Origin: Octopus sinensis
Lineage: Eukaryota
DNA length: 64,000 bases
Reading direction: 5' to 3'
Assembly (NCBI RefSeq): GCF_006345805.1
Contig: NC_043003.1
Location: 103,788,001 to 103,852,000, forward strand
This document shows, one piece after another, positions 37,939 through 50,947 of the stretch. Made by a program: the position numbers and the translations under genes. Position 1 is the stretch's first letter; every line of letters starts with the position of its first letter. Below the pieces are notes generated by a model that did not search any database, had not been told where the DNA came from, and was given only the letters and a program-made list of their open reading frames with translations.

Positions 37939-38086
37939 CGACCCACTTGAAAGAGCAGCTAAACTCAAACCGCTAAATAGTTGTAATTCAGAAAAGCAAA
38001 GGAAAATAATGTTTTTATTTTCCTTTGCTTTTCTGAATTACAACAAATTCAGCGGTTTGAGTTTAGCTGCTCTTTCGAGTGGGTCG
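37939..38086. repeat. Hairpin-forming inverted repeat: arms of about 71 bp, 5-bp loop
   Basis: cgacccac..ggaaaataa / ttattttcc..gtgggtcg. Confidence 0.85.
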
Positions 38087-38955
38087 GTTGACTATTTTTT
38101 CTTTCTCACTGGATCGCTGGTGGCGAAAAATGTCTCTTGAATTTTTTGCTACCCTGATATTGATTAATATATATATATTATGGTTATTTGTTTTGCGCAT
38201 TTTATCTAAGTTTTTTTATTGTCTTCATATATTGTGTAACTCCTGTCTCCTGTTTCCGTGGAGCTGATATTTGTACATCCCCGTCATATCCTTGGTAACA
38301 CGTTGCTGCTCATAAATAAACGAACTCTTGTTTATCAAAAAAAGAATGCGATTTATTATGTTATTAAATACATGTAACATAGGACTTGAATTAAAGTTAC
38401 TTCTAAAATAGAAATTGTGTTTGACGAATAACGAAATGCTGCAACTTCATTCCTATTGTTTCCGTGCTTTTAGTTGTTTCCACATCATATGCCTATCTAT
38501 GTTTTCACTATGGAAATATTTCCTTTTCATTCAATTTTCCAACTGCTTAAAAGACATAACTATTTTTAAGACTAGAAAATAAACATTAAAAACTGAAAGT
38601 GAATTTTTGAAATATAGCTGCTATACTGGATCAGTTGAGATTAAGTAGGCTTTGATCACGAAGGAGAAAAATAAAATCGATAATAAACTCTTAGTGATTT
38701 AAAAAAAAAATTATATTTTAAATATAAGCGTAATATATCTTTATACTTTCCACTATTATTTAAATTTCGTTATTTTTTCTTTTTTTTTTTTGTCCAGATG
38801 TTTAAAGATATATATGTGTGTGTGTGTGCGTGTGTGTGTTAAAGTTGGCTAATGTGATTTGTGACTCCAGTAGTGCGAGGTAGGTTCTGTGTGAGGGAAA
38901 GAAACACCTGGGGGAGAAAAAAAAAAAACAGGTCATTGCTACTACAGGTTAGAAA

Positions 38956-38992
38956 ATGTCCACGATGTCTGAACCACTTACATTAGAGAAAG
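38956..38992 (+). CDS. LIN7: Probable first coding exon of lin-7 homolog (MSTMSEPLTLEK + G)
   Basis: Peptide resembles recalled Lin-7/Veli N-termini (MAALGEPVRLERD, MADNAEPLTLSRD). gaaaATG context; donor AAG|GTATTT after 12 codons + 1 nt. Only 12 aa visible and exon 2 not found in the window. Confidence 0.6.
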
Positions 38993-41900
38993 GTATTTTC
39001 ATTTCAGTTTTATATATTTATAATATGTATACATATATTTTCTGTACATCAACCGTACGCATTTAGTACACCTCTATTTCTCGTATTCTAATTCTCTAAC
39101 ATATATTTATCAGGTTTATTTATTTACTTCTAAACTCAACTTTTAAGCAATTATGACACCTTTACCCAGGACGTCGTCTCTTCTCTATCGAATCACCGAT
39201 AATTTTTTCATACCGATTCTTCTATTATTGTATTTTATTTACTAAACTCTAACACATTTTCATTGATGTTTATGCGGCCTACTTGCATTCATAATAATAC
39301 ATATAATACACAACACATAATCCGAAATATTAACATGTGTATATATAAATGATATATATATATACATATATATATATTTATATATATACATACACACGCA
39401 AATCCATTTTACATGTGTTATATGTATTTGTATACTCATACACGTATCATTGAATGAATATATTTGACAATTTAGTTTCTGATGTTCTGGGGGGAAAAAA
39501 AAAGTAAATGAGATGGTCACGACAGGGACGCTTTCCACTACAGATCGGTTCTCTCAGGAGCTAAACAACAACTAAGTCTATTTCTAACAAATGTAGAATG
39601 GCTTCTGTGTGGTCGCATGATTTGCTAGAACTAACAGTTGAATCTCCCCATCCTTCAGATCACACCCTCCTGTCTTGAAATAGGAAAGGACAATTAAATA
39701 CTGTACCTAATGTCTTATGTATACGAAATGACGAGATATATAATAAACTCAGTGAACGCGTGTATTGTTATTATTACTCACACATATCTACCTGATTTCT
39801 CTAGATAGCTTGTGTAGTGATTCTATTTTCATGTTAACATACCCATCTGCAACTTCTGCGAAGGGTTCGATTCCCGCCCTACATACACATTCAATTGCTT
39901 ACATTTTACTTTTCATGGTGACGTCCTTTTAATTGTTTCAACTAATTTTCCAGAAATAGTTTCTATGTCAGGCATGACAATTGTACAAAATGACAGGCGT
40001 TACATTCCTCTGTGTCATAAGGAGACAATTTGTCGTTATCGTTTTGTAGGTATTTAGAATTATCTGAATTGTTGGAACATCTTATCAAACTAAAATAAAA
40101 GGCAGAGTGCAAAGTTTACCTTTTGAGATTTCAAGAAATATACTTATTAATAAAACACTTGTTTCTTATATGAAAATAATAACTCTACTTTGAAAATGAA
40201 ATTCACTTTTTAAAATTCATTATGAAAAACATTTCTGATTGCACTGGTTTAATTTAGGTTTTAGAAATTAATAATTTTAAAGCCTCATGAATCTGAAAAT
40301 AATGTGATAATTAAAATAAAAAGGAAATGTTCGTTAATCATTTCAGCTCTACTTCCTGCTTAGGGTTAAACATTCCAGAATGCTTGTATTTTTCGACTAA
40401 TACATATACATATATATATATATATATTATATATATAAGCTGGCAGAATCGTTAGCACGCTGGGCAAAATGCTTAGCAGCATTTCATCCATCTTCATGTC
40501 CTAAATTCATCCGTGTTCACCATCTGTGGTCGACTTTGCCTTTCATCCTTTTGGAGTTGATAAAACAAGTACCAGTTGAGTACTGGAGTCGATCTAATCC
40601 ACTCAACTACTCTCTCTAAATTGTTGACCTTGTGCCCGAATTTGAAACATTTAAGGTAAAGACGCCCTTCAGTCATAAATGACCATGAGATTGCACCTCA
40701 AAGGTTCCCCTCCAAGGCACAAGTCTGGGCAAGGTTGTTTATGGAAGCCCAGCAGTCGCCCATACATACCAGCCTTTCCACGCCACCAATGTTATCCAAA
40801 GGAAAGGCAACGGCTCATAGAGCTCGGCACCAATGACATCGCAACTTATTACTACAGCTCAGTGAACTGAAAGAATGTGAAATAAAGTGTCTTGCTAAAG
40901 TCTAGGAATTGAACTCACAACCTCTGAGCCATGTGCCAAAATTTGAAACAATTATTATCATTAATGTGGAGAGCTGGCAACAGTTTTTGCACGTTGAGTA
41001 AAATGTTTAGGGTTATTTTTTTCCAGCTCTTATGCTAAGCTCAAATCTTGTTGAGACCAACTTTGCCTTTAGTCCCTCTGGAGTTGAGGAAGTAAAGTAC
41101 CAATCAAGTACTGGGATTGGTGGTAACGACTTACCCTGTCCTAAAATTGCTGGTCTTGTGTCACAATTTGAAACCATTATTTGAAATCAGAAATCATTAG
41201 AGGAGCAGAATCATTTGAACATTTGAAAAAAAACATACTTAGTAGTATTTGTTCTGGCTCATTGTGTTACAAGTTCAAAACCCACTGAGGTCAACTTTGT
41301 CTTTCATCTGTTCAGGTTGATAAAATAAAGCACCAGTCAAATATTGGGGTCAATGTAATCAACTAAGCCTAATTCTCCCCCTAAAATTACAGGCCTTCTG
41401 TCAAAATTTGAAGCACAAAGATAGCAGGTTGAGAGAATCGTTTGAGTATCAAAGTACTTGGTGATATTTTTTTTCTGGCATTTTACATTCTGTGTTCAAA
41501 TAATGCTGAAGTCTTTTCCTTTTCATCCTTTCGGTGTCAATCAAAAAAGTACTTAGAACATAAAAAACAAAAATGCAAAGTAAAATGAGATAGGAGTTGA
41601 AAAAGTAACAGTATTACTTGATGACTAATCTATATTTGCATTTACAAGTATGAGTTTTAAGTGTAAGATATCTTTTCACCTTCTTATCATCATCATCATC
41701 ATTTAACATCCGTTTTCCATGGGTTGGACGGTTTAACCGGGGTCTGGAAGCCATGGAGGCTGCACCAGGCTCTAGTCTGATTTGGCAGTGCTTCTACAGC
41801 TGGATGCCCTTCCTAATGCCAACCACTCCATGAGTGTAGTGGGTGTTTTTTACGTGCCACCGGCACAGGGGCCAGGGCAGGCTGGCAAACAGCCACGATC

Positions 41901-42659
41901 GGTTGGTGCTTTTACGTGTCACCGACACAGACGCCAGTCAGGCGGTGCTGGCATCTGCCACATTTAGACGGTGCTTTTTATGTGTCACCGGCATGGGTGT
42001 CTTAACTGCAATTTCCATTTGAATTTTTATTTTGATGTTGATGTACTTGACTCAATAGGTCTCCTCAAGCCCAGCAGGTCGCCCTACGATCCAAGGTAAG
42101 CACAGCAGGCCGTCCTACGAGCCATGAACTCACTTCATTTGTCGGGTCTTCGAAGTCACAACATATCTCCAGAGGTCTCGGTCTTTCTTCATAGCCTCTG
42201 TACAAAGATCATGCTTGACCACCTCGTCCCATGTCTTCCTGGGTCTACTTCTCCCCTGGATTCCTTCAACAGTTTGGGGGTGGCACTTCTTCACACATCT
42301 TAACATGTATGAGTAATTTTCTTTGATTCTATAACTGACATAATCTTTAAGGTAACATGTTAGTACTATCCTTAAGGTTGCATATATGTCTGTGTGTGTA
42401 AAATCTTTATTCTTATATATTTAGATGTGTTTATATCTCTCACATGTATATGTATTTCTCTTTGAGAGAGTGTAGTGTGATCTTGCATAAATCATATTAT
42501 TTTAATCATTAAACATTTGTTGGATGCTGGCATGAGATGGATGGTTTGACAGGAGCTGCTAAGGTTGGGAGTCACACCAGGTTCCATTGTCTGTTTTGGC
42601 ATGGCTTCTTCAGCTGGATGCCCTTCCTAACACCAACCCCCTTTACAGAGTGTAGTGGG

Positions 42660-43145
42660 TGCTTTTTACATGGCACCAGCATCAGTGCTTTTTACATGGC
42701 ACCAGCATCACTGCTTTTTACATGGCATCAGTGTCACTGCTTTTTACATGGCACAGGCACCAGTGCTTTTCATGTGGCACAAACATCAGTGCTTTTCACA
42801 TGGCATAAGCACTGGTGCTTTCCACATGACACAAGCACTGGTGCTTTTCATGTGGCACAAGCATCACTACTTTTTACATGACACCAGCACTGGTGCTTTT
42901 TACCTGACACCAGTACTGGTGCCTCTTACATGGCATTAGCATCACTGCTTTTCATGTGACCCGAGCATCACTGCTTTTTATGTGACACTAGTATCACTGC
43001 TTTTTATGTAGCACCAGTGCTTTTCATGTGGAACCAACATCAGTGCTTTTCATGTGGGACTAGCGTCACTGCTTTTTATGTGGCACCAGAACCAGAGCTT
43101 TTTATGTGACACCTGCACCAGATGCTTTTCATGTGGCACCAGCAC
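42660..43145. repeat. Degenerate minisatellite of about 20-30 bp units (cagtgcttttcatgtggcac)
   Basis: About 20 diverged units. Confidence 0.8.
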
Positions 43146-43189
43146 TGATAGGGTCATCAAAAATATATATAACAGTTTCTATCACATGC

Positions 43190-44305
43190 CTGTGGGGAAA
43201 ACTAGAAATAGTTGAGAGCTTCCATTACCTCGGTGACAAAGTCAGTAGCAGAGGTGGATGCTCTGAGAATGTAACTGCTAGAATAAGAATAGCCTGGGCA
43301 ATGTTCAGAGAGCTCCTACCTTTGCTGGTAACAAAGGGCCTCTCGTTCAGAGTAAATGGTAGACTGTATGACGCATGTGTGCGAACAGCCATGTTACACA
43401 GTAGTGAAACATGGGCTGTGACTGCTAAAGACATGCCTAAGCTTGCAAGAAGTGAAGCTAGTATGTTCTGCTGGATGTGTAATGTCAGTGTGCATACACA
43501 ACAGAGTGTAAGCGCTCTGAGAGAAAAATTGGACATAAGAAGCATCGGATGAGGTGTGCAAGAGAGACAATTGCACTGGTATGGTCATATGTTGCATATG
43601 GATGAGGCAGCTGTGTGAAAAAGTGTCACACTCTAACAGTGGAGGGAATCTGTGGAAGAGGTAGACCCAGAGAGACCTGGGATGAGGTGGTGAAGCATAA
43701 CCTTCGAACATTGGGCCTCGTGGAGGCCAACAAGCGACTGAGACCTTTGGAGATATGCTGTGCTTGAGAAGACCTGGTAAGCCAAGTGAGACCGTAACTG
43801 TAGCCTATGCCTGTATTGCATAACTGGCCTATTTAAGAGTACCCTTCAATCATTGGGCAATAAACTGTGCTTGAGAAGACCTGTTGAGTCAAGTGAAATC
43901 ATTGTACTACCTGATTGGCACCTGTGCCGGTGGAATGTAAAAAGCACCATTCGAATGTGGTCGATGCCAATCCCACCAGACTGGCGTCTGTGCTGGTGCC
44001 ACGTAAAATGCACCATACAAATGTGGTTGTTGCCATTCTCACCTGACTGGCTCCTGTGCCAGTGCTTTTAAAAAGTACCATTTGAGCATGGTTGATGCCA
44101 GTACCATCTGACAGGCCCTCATGCCAGTGGCACATAAAAAGCACCCACTACACTCTCGGATTGGTTGGCATTAGGAAGGGCACCCAGCTGTAGAAACCCT
44201 GCCTGATCAAATTAGAGCCTGGTGCAGACTTCTGGCTTGCCAGTCCTCAGTCAAACTGTCCAACATATGCCAACATGGAAAAGGACGTTAAACAATAATG
44301 ATGAT
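43190..44305 (+). mobile_element. RTE-clade LINE 3' end: ORF2 C-terminus, tandem 3'UTR units and (GAT)n-like tail
   Basis: KLEIVESFHYLGDKVSSRGGCSENVTARIRIAWAMFRELLPLL..., continuous with the aaagcacccactac..ttaggaagggcatccagc..ggacgttaaac tail. Confidence 0.85.
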
Positions 44306-44318
44306 ATATACATATATA

Positions 44319-44710
44319 GGCGCAGGAGTGGCTGTGTGGTAAGTAGCTTGTTTACCAACCACATGGTTCCGGGTTCAGTCCCACTGCGTGGCACCTTGGG
44401 CAAGTGTCTTCTACTATAGCCTCGGGCCGACCAAAGCCTTGTGAGTGGATTTGGTAGACGGAAACTGAAAGAAGCCTGTCATATATATATATATGTATGT
44501 GTATGTGTTTATGTGTCTGTGTTTGTCCCCCCAACATCACTTGACAACCGATGCTGGTGTGTTTACGTCTCCGTCACTTAGCGGTTCGGCAAAAGAGACC
44601 GATAGAATAAGTACTGGACTTACAAAAGAATAAGTCCCGGGGTCGAGTTGCTCGACTAAGGGCGGTGCTCCAGCATGGCCGCAGTCAAATGATTGAAACA
44701 AGTAAAAGAG
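44319..44710 (+). mobile_element. tRNA-derived SINE family A, near-intact copy. Other copies: 11530-11933 (-), 15311-15680, 23626-23910, 50419-50648; fragments at 9150-9276, 22780-22930, 32480-32900, 33985-34200
   Basis: ggcgcaggagtggctgtgtgg A-box, ggttcagtccc B-box, internal microsatellite, gaaacaagtaaaagag tail. Confidence 0.85.
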
Positions 44711-45049
44711 TATATCTAAGCGTTGGGTATGTTCCTAGTAGTTAACCAATGAAGCACATTCACTGCCTATGGCTACCTGGCTTCATCCATGGTAATTATG
44801 CAATTGTTGCTGGATCTACCTCAGGAATTCCTCAGTGTACATCGAGTATCTGATTAGATGCTGTATTAAATTCAAGCGAAATAGTTCATTTAACAAGATA
44901 CCCCTTGTTACATCACACTTCTGCACCAAGGGTGCATCACAACTAGTTGTATAGCTTCCCACCTGCGACGGATTGATGCAGGATGTGTTGAAACGATTGT
45001 TGTGAGCAATAAAGTTTCCCATGCATTCCATTTCCTGACTCTATCATTC

Positions 45050-45102
<53 letters not shown>

Positions 45103-45744
45103 GTTTCTATCTGTCTTCTAACAGTTTCTGCCTGTCTTTGCTGTAGAATGGTAGTAAATTTGTGGGATCCTGGTGGACAGTCCATCCCAGGGCAGCATGG
45201 AAAATAGTCATTAAATGATGATTACGTCTTATCTCAAGGCATTTTTAATAGTCATGCCATATTGACAGCTGAAACTAAAGCTACCTGTTGAGGTTTTTTT
45301 ATTTTAAATTATCACCTGTATAGGCTCTATGAGAGACACTTACCATGGTGAAAGGTGAGCAAGTTGGAGATTGTTAATTTGAAAGAAGCAGTATGTCCTT
45401 GTATATAATTAAGTTATGCCACAGATTCTTTGTGGTGGTAACAGTGTGATAGATTAGGTTTAATGACAGGAATAAAGGTTTCATTTTAACGTCCTTATTA
45501 CTGCCACCACTCAAAAGCTCAGACTTTTTCAGTTATATTTGGTGTTGACTGTTGTTGCAGTAAAGTACTATTAAATTATTCCCTCTATTTAGACATGATG
45601 TTAAAATGTAAGGACCTCTACCCACTTGGTGATGAAATAGCTAGAAACCATGACGCTATGTCATACATAAATACCTTTGGTCTTTAATTTGGTGTAGTGA
45701 ATATGTACGTATATATATATACATGTTTAATGACAGGAATAAGG

Positions 45745-45965
45745 CGGCGAGCTGGCAGAACCGTTAGTGCGCCGGGCGAAATGCTTACCGGTAATTCGTC
45801 TGTCATTACGTTCTGAATTCAAATTCCGCCGAGGTTGACTTTGCCTTTCATCCTTTCGGGGTCGATAAATAAAGTACCAGTTTCGCACTGGGGTCGATGT
45901 AATCAACTTAATCCCTTTGTCTGTCCTTGTTTGTCCCCTCTATGTTTAGCCCCTTGTGGGCAGTA
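45745..45965 (+). mobile_element. tRNA-derived SINE family B with a central domain resembling MetaSINE-type cores; more than 20 copies in the window
   Basis: ggcggcgagctggcagaa head, gactttgcctttcatcctttcggggtcgataaa..aagtaccag core. Superfamily name recalled from memory, unverified. Confidence 0.75.
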
Positions 45966-47248
45966 CAAAAAAAAAATATATATATATATATACATGTATG
46001 TATGTCTGTCATGTTTATGGAGGTGTGGCTTCAAGTCTCATAGATGTTAAATGATGATGATGTTGATGAAACATGCTCCACTGGATGTGCAGCATGTAAA
46101 AATGTGTTAAGAGAAGACTGTGTTGGTGTGGACGTGATGTATACGGATGATCACTCACAGTTGATGGAACCTGTGGAAGATGGTGAGATAGTGGTGAAAG
46201 CTGATTTTGGATTGCAAAGACTCATGACAAGAGACTGTGATGATTGGTGATTTGTTGTACTCGAGAAGACTTACCCTGCAAGTCTTCTCAGTCACAACAT
46301 TGTGAATGAGGCTTTCAAAACATAATGTATCTGCATGCTATTCATTCAACTGAACCCCTTTATCTCAAGCCATACTTATCCCTCATTCTTATCATCTACA
46401 TTTCTATCTCATTCTTTGTTTAATATTTATCTCTCACTCCTTTCCACTTGCAACCTTCACACCTCTTCACCCTAACACGTCCCTCTATCACTCTCCTTAT
46501 CTACTATATTATTCTGCTATTGTAAGAAACCTGTTTCTATATACCTTGCTATCATTGTTTTGTTGATTTTTGTGTATCCATGCTATAATCTCTTAGATAT
46601 GTTACCATGTAAATTCTGACTCCTTGAAATCACTATTTTCCTCTTTTGAGTCTCACTCCAGCTTTCCCCAAGTAAAGTGCAAAGTAAAGTGAAGTGGAAA
46701 TCTCCTATAAATTTGTTCCTGCTCTCTGTCAACATGATTTAATTATTTTGTTATCATGTTTCTGTTTAAATATACTGCTTTTGTTTCAGTTGATTTTGAA
46801 AATAACGAATAATTTATAAAAATAACTTTGCCTTTAAGTTGGTGGTTTTAAACAGGAAGTTTGTATTATAGAACCAGGGGCAATCTCGAATGAATTTGTA
46901 TCAAAATGGTTAAAGCATCCACTCTAATTCTAATCCTTCCTTTCATTTGAGAGGGCTCTTTAGTCTTGCAAGTTACAAAGCAACCCCTATAATGCTGGTG
47001 CCATGAAAAATGCACCCAGTACATTTTGTAAAGTGGTTGACATTAGGAAGAGTACCCAGTCAGAAATCAAACCAAAAATCATGCTTGCATAGAGAGCAGA
47101 TCTGAAATGATGATGATGAGGATACTATAGAATATAATTTACGAAAGTATGACTTGAAACTGCATCTGGTGGTGGGAACCTGGTTTGGTGAATTCCAGTG
47201 TTTTGAAGAGTATGAAATAACCTCTTAGCTACTAATTGTTCCTAGGTC

Positions 47249-47530
47249 TATTCCAACCATAAGTAGTAGCACTTGTCAGTCTCAACTATAGATTAAATAA
47301 CATATAACCACTTGAGCTAAGACATTTTGGAATCATGGGATGCAGTATGGTGGACGTGAACTATTTTGGCGGATGAAGTTATTCAGTGAATACTCAATAA
47401 CTTCATCTGCCAAAATAGTTCACGTCCACCATACTGCATCCCATGATTCCAAAATGTCTTAGCTCAAGTGGTTATATGTTATTTAATCTATAGTTGAGAC
47501 TGACAAGTGCTACTACTTATGGTTGGAGTA
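47249..47530. repeat. Near-perfect palindrome: 135-bp arms, 12-bp spacer
   Basis: Arms 47249-47383 and 47396-47530; two mismatches seen. Confidence 0.9.
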
Positions 47531-47810
47531 AATATCACTAGATGCTGAGTGGATAAACAGAAAACAAAGGTCAAACCAATTCCAGTTAGCAAACTACTGC
47601 TATCATCTGTAGTTACCGCATGCACAGTTGAGCTTTTTCTTTTAGCAAAAGACCAATGTGACTGAAGCCTAGGCCAGACATTCACGTGCCATTGCTTGAT
47701 GTCCGGACTGAGCAAGTTGCCTCACCTGGACACACAGAAATGGAAAGTAACACTGGAAATGAATCAAAATAAAAAAAGCAAGAAAAAGGCATGCACACTA
47801 TCAGCTATAC

Positions 47811-47983
47811 CAGGGGTCTCCAAAATGGTCAATCTCAACCCCTGGGGTGGGATCAATAAATGCCTGAAACTGTACATCTATTTCATTATTATCTATTTAT
47901 TTTTTTTGTACATGCCTGAGGGTTGATGAGAGGTCAAGGATTCCATGATGAGGTTGATGGTCTAAAAAGTTTTGGGACCCCTA
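47811..47983. mobile_element. hAT-Charlie-type MITE
   Basis: CAGGGGTCTCCAAA / TTTGGGACCCCTA termini; 8-bp TSD agctatac / atctatac (7 of 8). Confidence 0.75.
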
Positions 47984-49131
47984 ATCTATACACTACATCG
48001 TGAAATATAGGTGTTCCTTATAATTTCTGAAGCAACCTTAAATACTCATGTCATTGTCATAAACAGCTGAGCATCCTCCTGGATCTCACCTGATACTTGG
48101 GATGGAAGGCCAACCATAAAAATCTTCATTCTTAGTAAATATCACAGGTTAAAAAGATTACTGAGATACCACTAGACTGCTCCTACTTACATGTTTGTTG
48201 GGCCCTTTTATTCAGTATGTCATTATAGTAATCAACAGGCAGTAGACCGACCAGCAGATTGCTTGGGCTGGTTTCTTCAACAAATTGGCAGGAGGATATT
48301 GCATTAAATTAGGATTTAGAGAATAAAATTCATTTTCGTCCTTGGTATTTTTTTTTTATGCTTTTAGATGCTTTATGTTCATTTTTTGTCTCCGTAGAAA
48401 TTTAAGTAGCATGTCTGAAAATGAAAAAGAAAAATATATCATTTATAATATGACCTGGGTATGACTATAAATTGCATCCGTTAGTGAGGCTCTGGTACGG
48501 GAGTTCCAGTGTTTTGGGGAGTATGGAACTACCTCATAGCTACTATCGTTCCAGGTCTACTATGACCTGTTATGTCCCAACTATGGGTTAACTAGCATAT
48601 GTGATGACAATCCATCTAAACGCGGAACGCGGTGATGTAGAAATACCCTTGGTTGGTGTCAGGGCGTGCAGTAAAGCCATCTCACTGCGGCCTGTTACTC
48701 GGTACTAATCACAGAGACTCAGAGAGCAGTCCTCATATTGTACAAGCATTTATCACTGTAGTTCAATGACATACCAATGCCTGTCTGGTGACCTCATTTG
48801 TCATTCCATCTGGCAATGGAAAAGTAGCAACATGTGTAGACCAGTTGGAAGCACATAATGCGTTACAACTGTCACCTATACTTGAAAGCTCGCAGATTTG
48901 CAGTGGGACTGAATAGTCATCTGAGAGGTCAAGGATGGACAATCAGAAATGCCATTGACAACAGTGAATTACTAAGAGATGGCAATCATCAAGTATGGTG
49001 TTTTATTGCTAACAAAATATACTATACAACGGTAATTAAATCAGTTTAATAGTTTTAATAATAACAAACTCATTAAATATTATTTGCACGAATGTGGAAT
49101 TCCTGAATGTCTACAAAAATTCTAAGCTGTA

Positions 49132-50249
49132 CTAGTTTATGTTAAAAAAGTTGGGGGGGGGGGGCTAATGCTGTTTCGCACCTCTCCCTGAAAATGCATT
49201 TTTTTGAAAAACATTTTTTGGGATTTCCACATTTTAGATGTCAGAGATTATGATTTGCAAAAAAAAAATGTTTTTAACCCCCCCCCCCTCTAGTTTTGAC
49301 TTTGTTTTTTATAAAGAGATTGTACCGAATTGACGAACATAAGCGTTTTACTTGTGTTTGCCTTAAATAATTGTAAATAATAATTTAATGTAAATTAAAT
49401 TTATTTCACTTGAAATTCTATAAGTTTTCAACAGCGATTTAGCAGACATCTAGCAAGGCCAAGCTAATCCAGACTGATGAAGGGCAACTACCCTGGAACT
49501 AGTCTTTGAATGCTGGCGTTGTTGGTGCTTATCTCCCCTGTTTGAAAACTTAAGGACACAGAACGTTGTGTCACGTAGCAAACTGGAAACGGTGTTTCCT
49601 AGGGCTAAATAACAGTAACATTCTTCCCTTTCCTGGGACTGCCACATTAAGTCGGCAATAAACCATCACTTTATCGTACTGCTACTGCATAACACTCTCA
49701 GAGAGATTTAGAAATACAATATTTCTAATTTTAAATATAAACCATTTTACGAGAAACAAACATTAATGTTATGAAGTTTAATAAGGGGTTCAAACCGCCC
49801 CCCTTTAACATTTTGAGCTTTTCATCCATTTATTTATGTGTCTGTCTATCTATTTATTCCTGTCCGTTTACTTATAAAATATATTTGTCAACTAAATGTG
49901 GCGGTCCTATAGAAGACGGTGTTACTGTTGTATTTAGCCACAAGAAGACATATCTATCTATTTCTTTATATAGACATCTTATTGCTTATTGAATTTAAAA
50001 TTTTGAAAACCAGGTTTCTTGCATATTCGAAATCTTCGTCATCTTAAACATAGGTGAAAAGAATTCGCTAAAGTTCAAAATTTTCGATGTGTGTGTGTGT
50101 TGGGGTTATTTATTATTTTGCATATTCGTAATCTCCGACATCTAAAACGTAGAAATTGGAAATTTTTTTTTAAAAAAAAGCATTTTTAAATGAGAGGTGC
50201 GAAACTGCTTTAGCTCCCCCTTCCCACCACAAAAAAAACTATAAACTGG
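49132..50249. mobile_element. TA-flanked DNA element with long (about 150 bp) diverged TIRs, superfamily unassigned
   Basis: 49132-49270 is the reverse complement of about 50110-50249 (gtttcgcacctctc, ttttagatgtc.gagatta); TA on both sides. Confidence 0.6.
49471..49507 (+). ncRNA. Degenerate hammerhead-like fold
   Basis: AGA / CTGATGA / AGGG-CAACTA-CCCT / GGAA-CTAG-TC / TTT; A13G deviation. Confidence 0.35.
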
Positions 50250-50947
50250 TAATTAATTGGGTGTAATTAATCTTAGTGGCGTATTTTTTTTTTTTTGTAA
50301 ATTGGGTGACTGTAGCATATCATTTCAATGTGGTAACTTTATCGGCGGAGTTCGTATCCTTTCTACTTCTGTTGCTAAACATTGCAATTTAATAGCAATA
50401 CTATTAAATTGCAATTATAGGCGCAGGAGTGGCTAGCAACCACATGGTTCCGGGTTCATTCCCACTGCGTCTTTCGGGCCGACCGAAACCTCGTGAGTGG
50501 ATTTGGTAGACGGAAACTGAAAGAAGTGCGTCGTATATATGTATATGTGTGTGTGTGTGTTTACGTCCCCGTAACTTAGCGGAGACCGATAGAATAAGTA
50601 CGATGCTCCAGCATGGCCACAATCAAATGACTGAAACAAGTAAAAGAATACATAAATGGTGAGCTGGTAGAATAATTTTCGTCCGTCTCATGTTCTGAAC
50701 TCAAATTGAGCTGAGGTTGATCAAATAAACACCAGTTGAGGACTGTAATCAACTTAGTACTTGTAATCAAGTCGATGTAATCGACTTAGTACTTTCCCGA
50801 AATTGCTGGCCTTTGTTAATATTTCTCCTGGCCAAGGCCGAATCGTTAGCACGTCGGAAACGAAATACCTTCGTATATTTGTTCCGTTCTGAATTTAAAT
50901 CGTACAGAGATTAACTTCGCCTTTCGTCCTTATTCGATCAATAAAGT

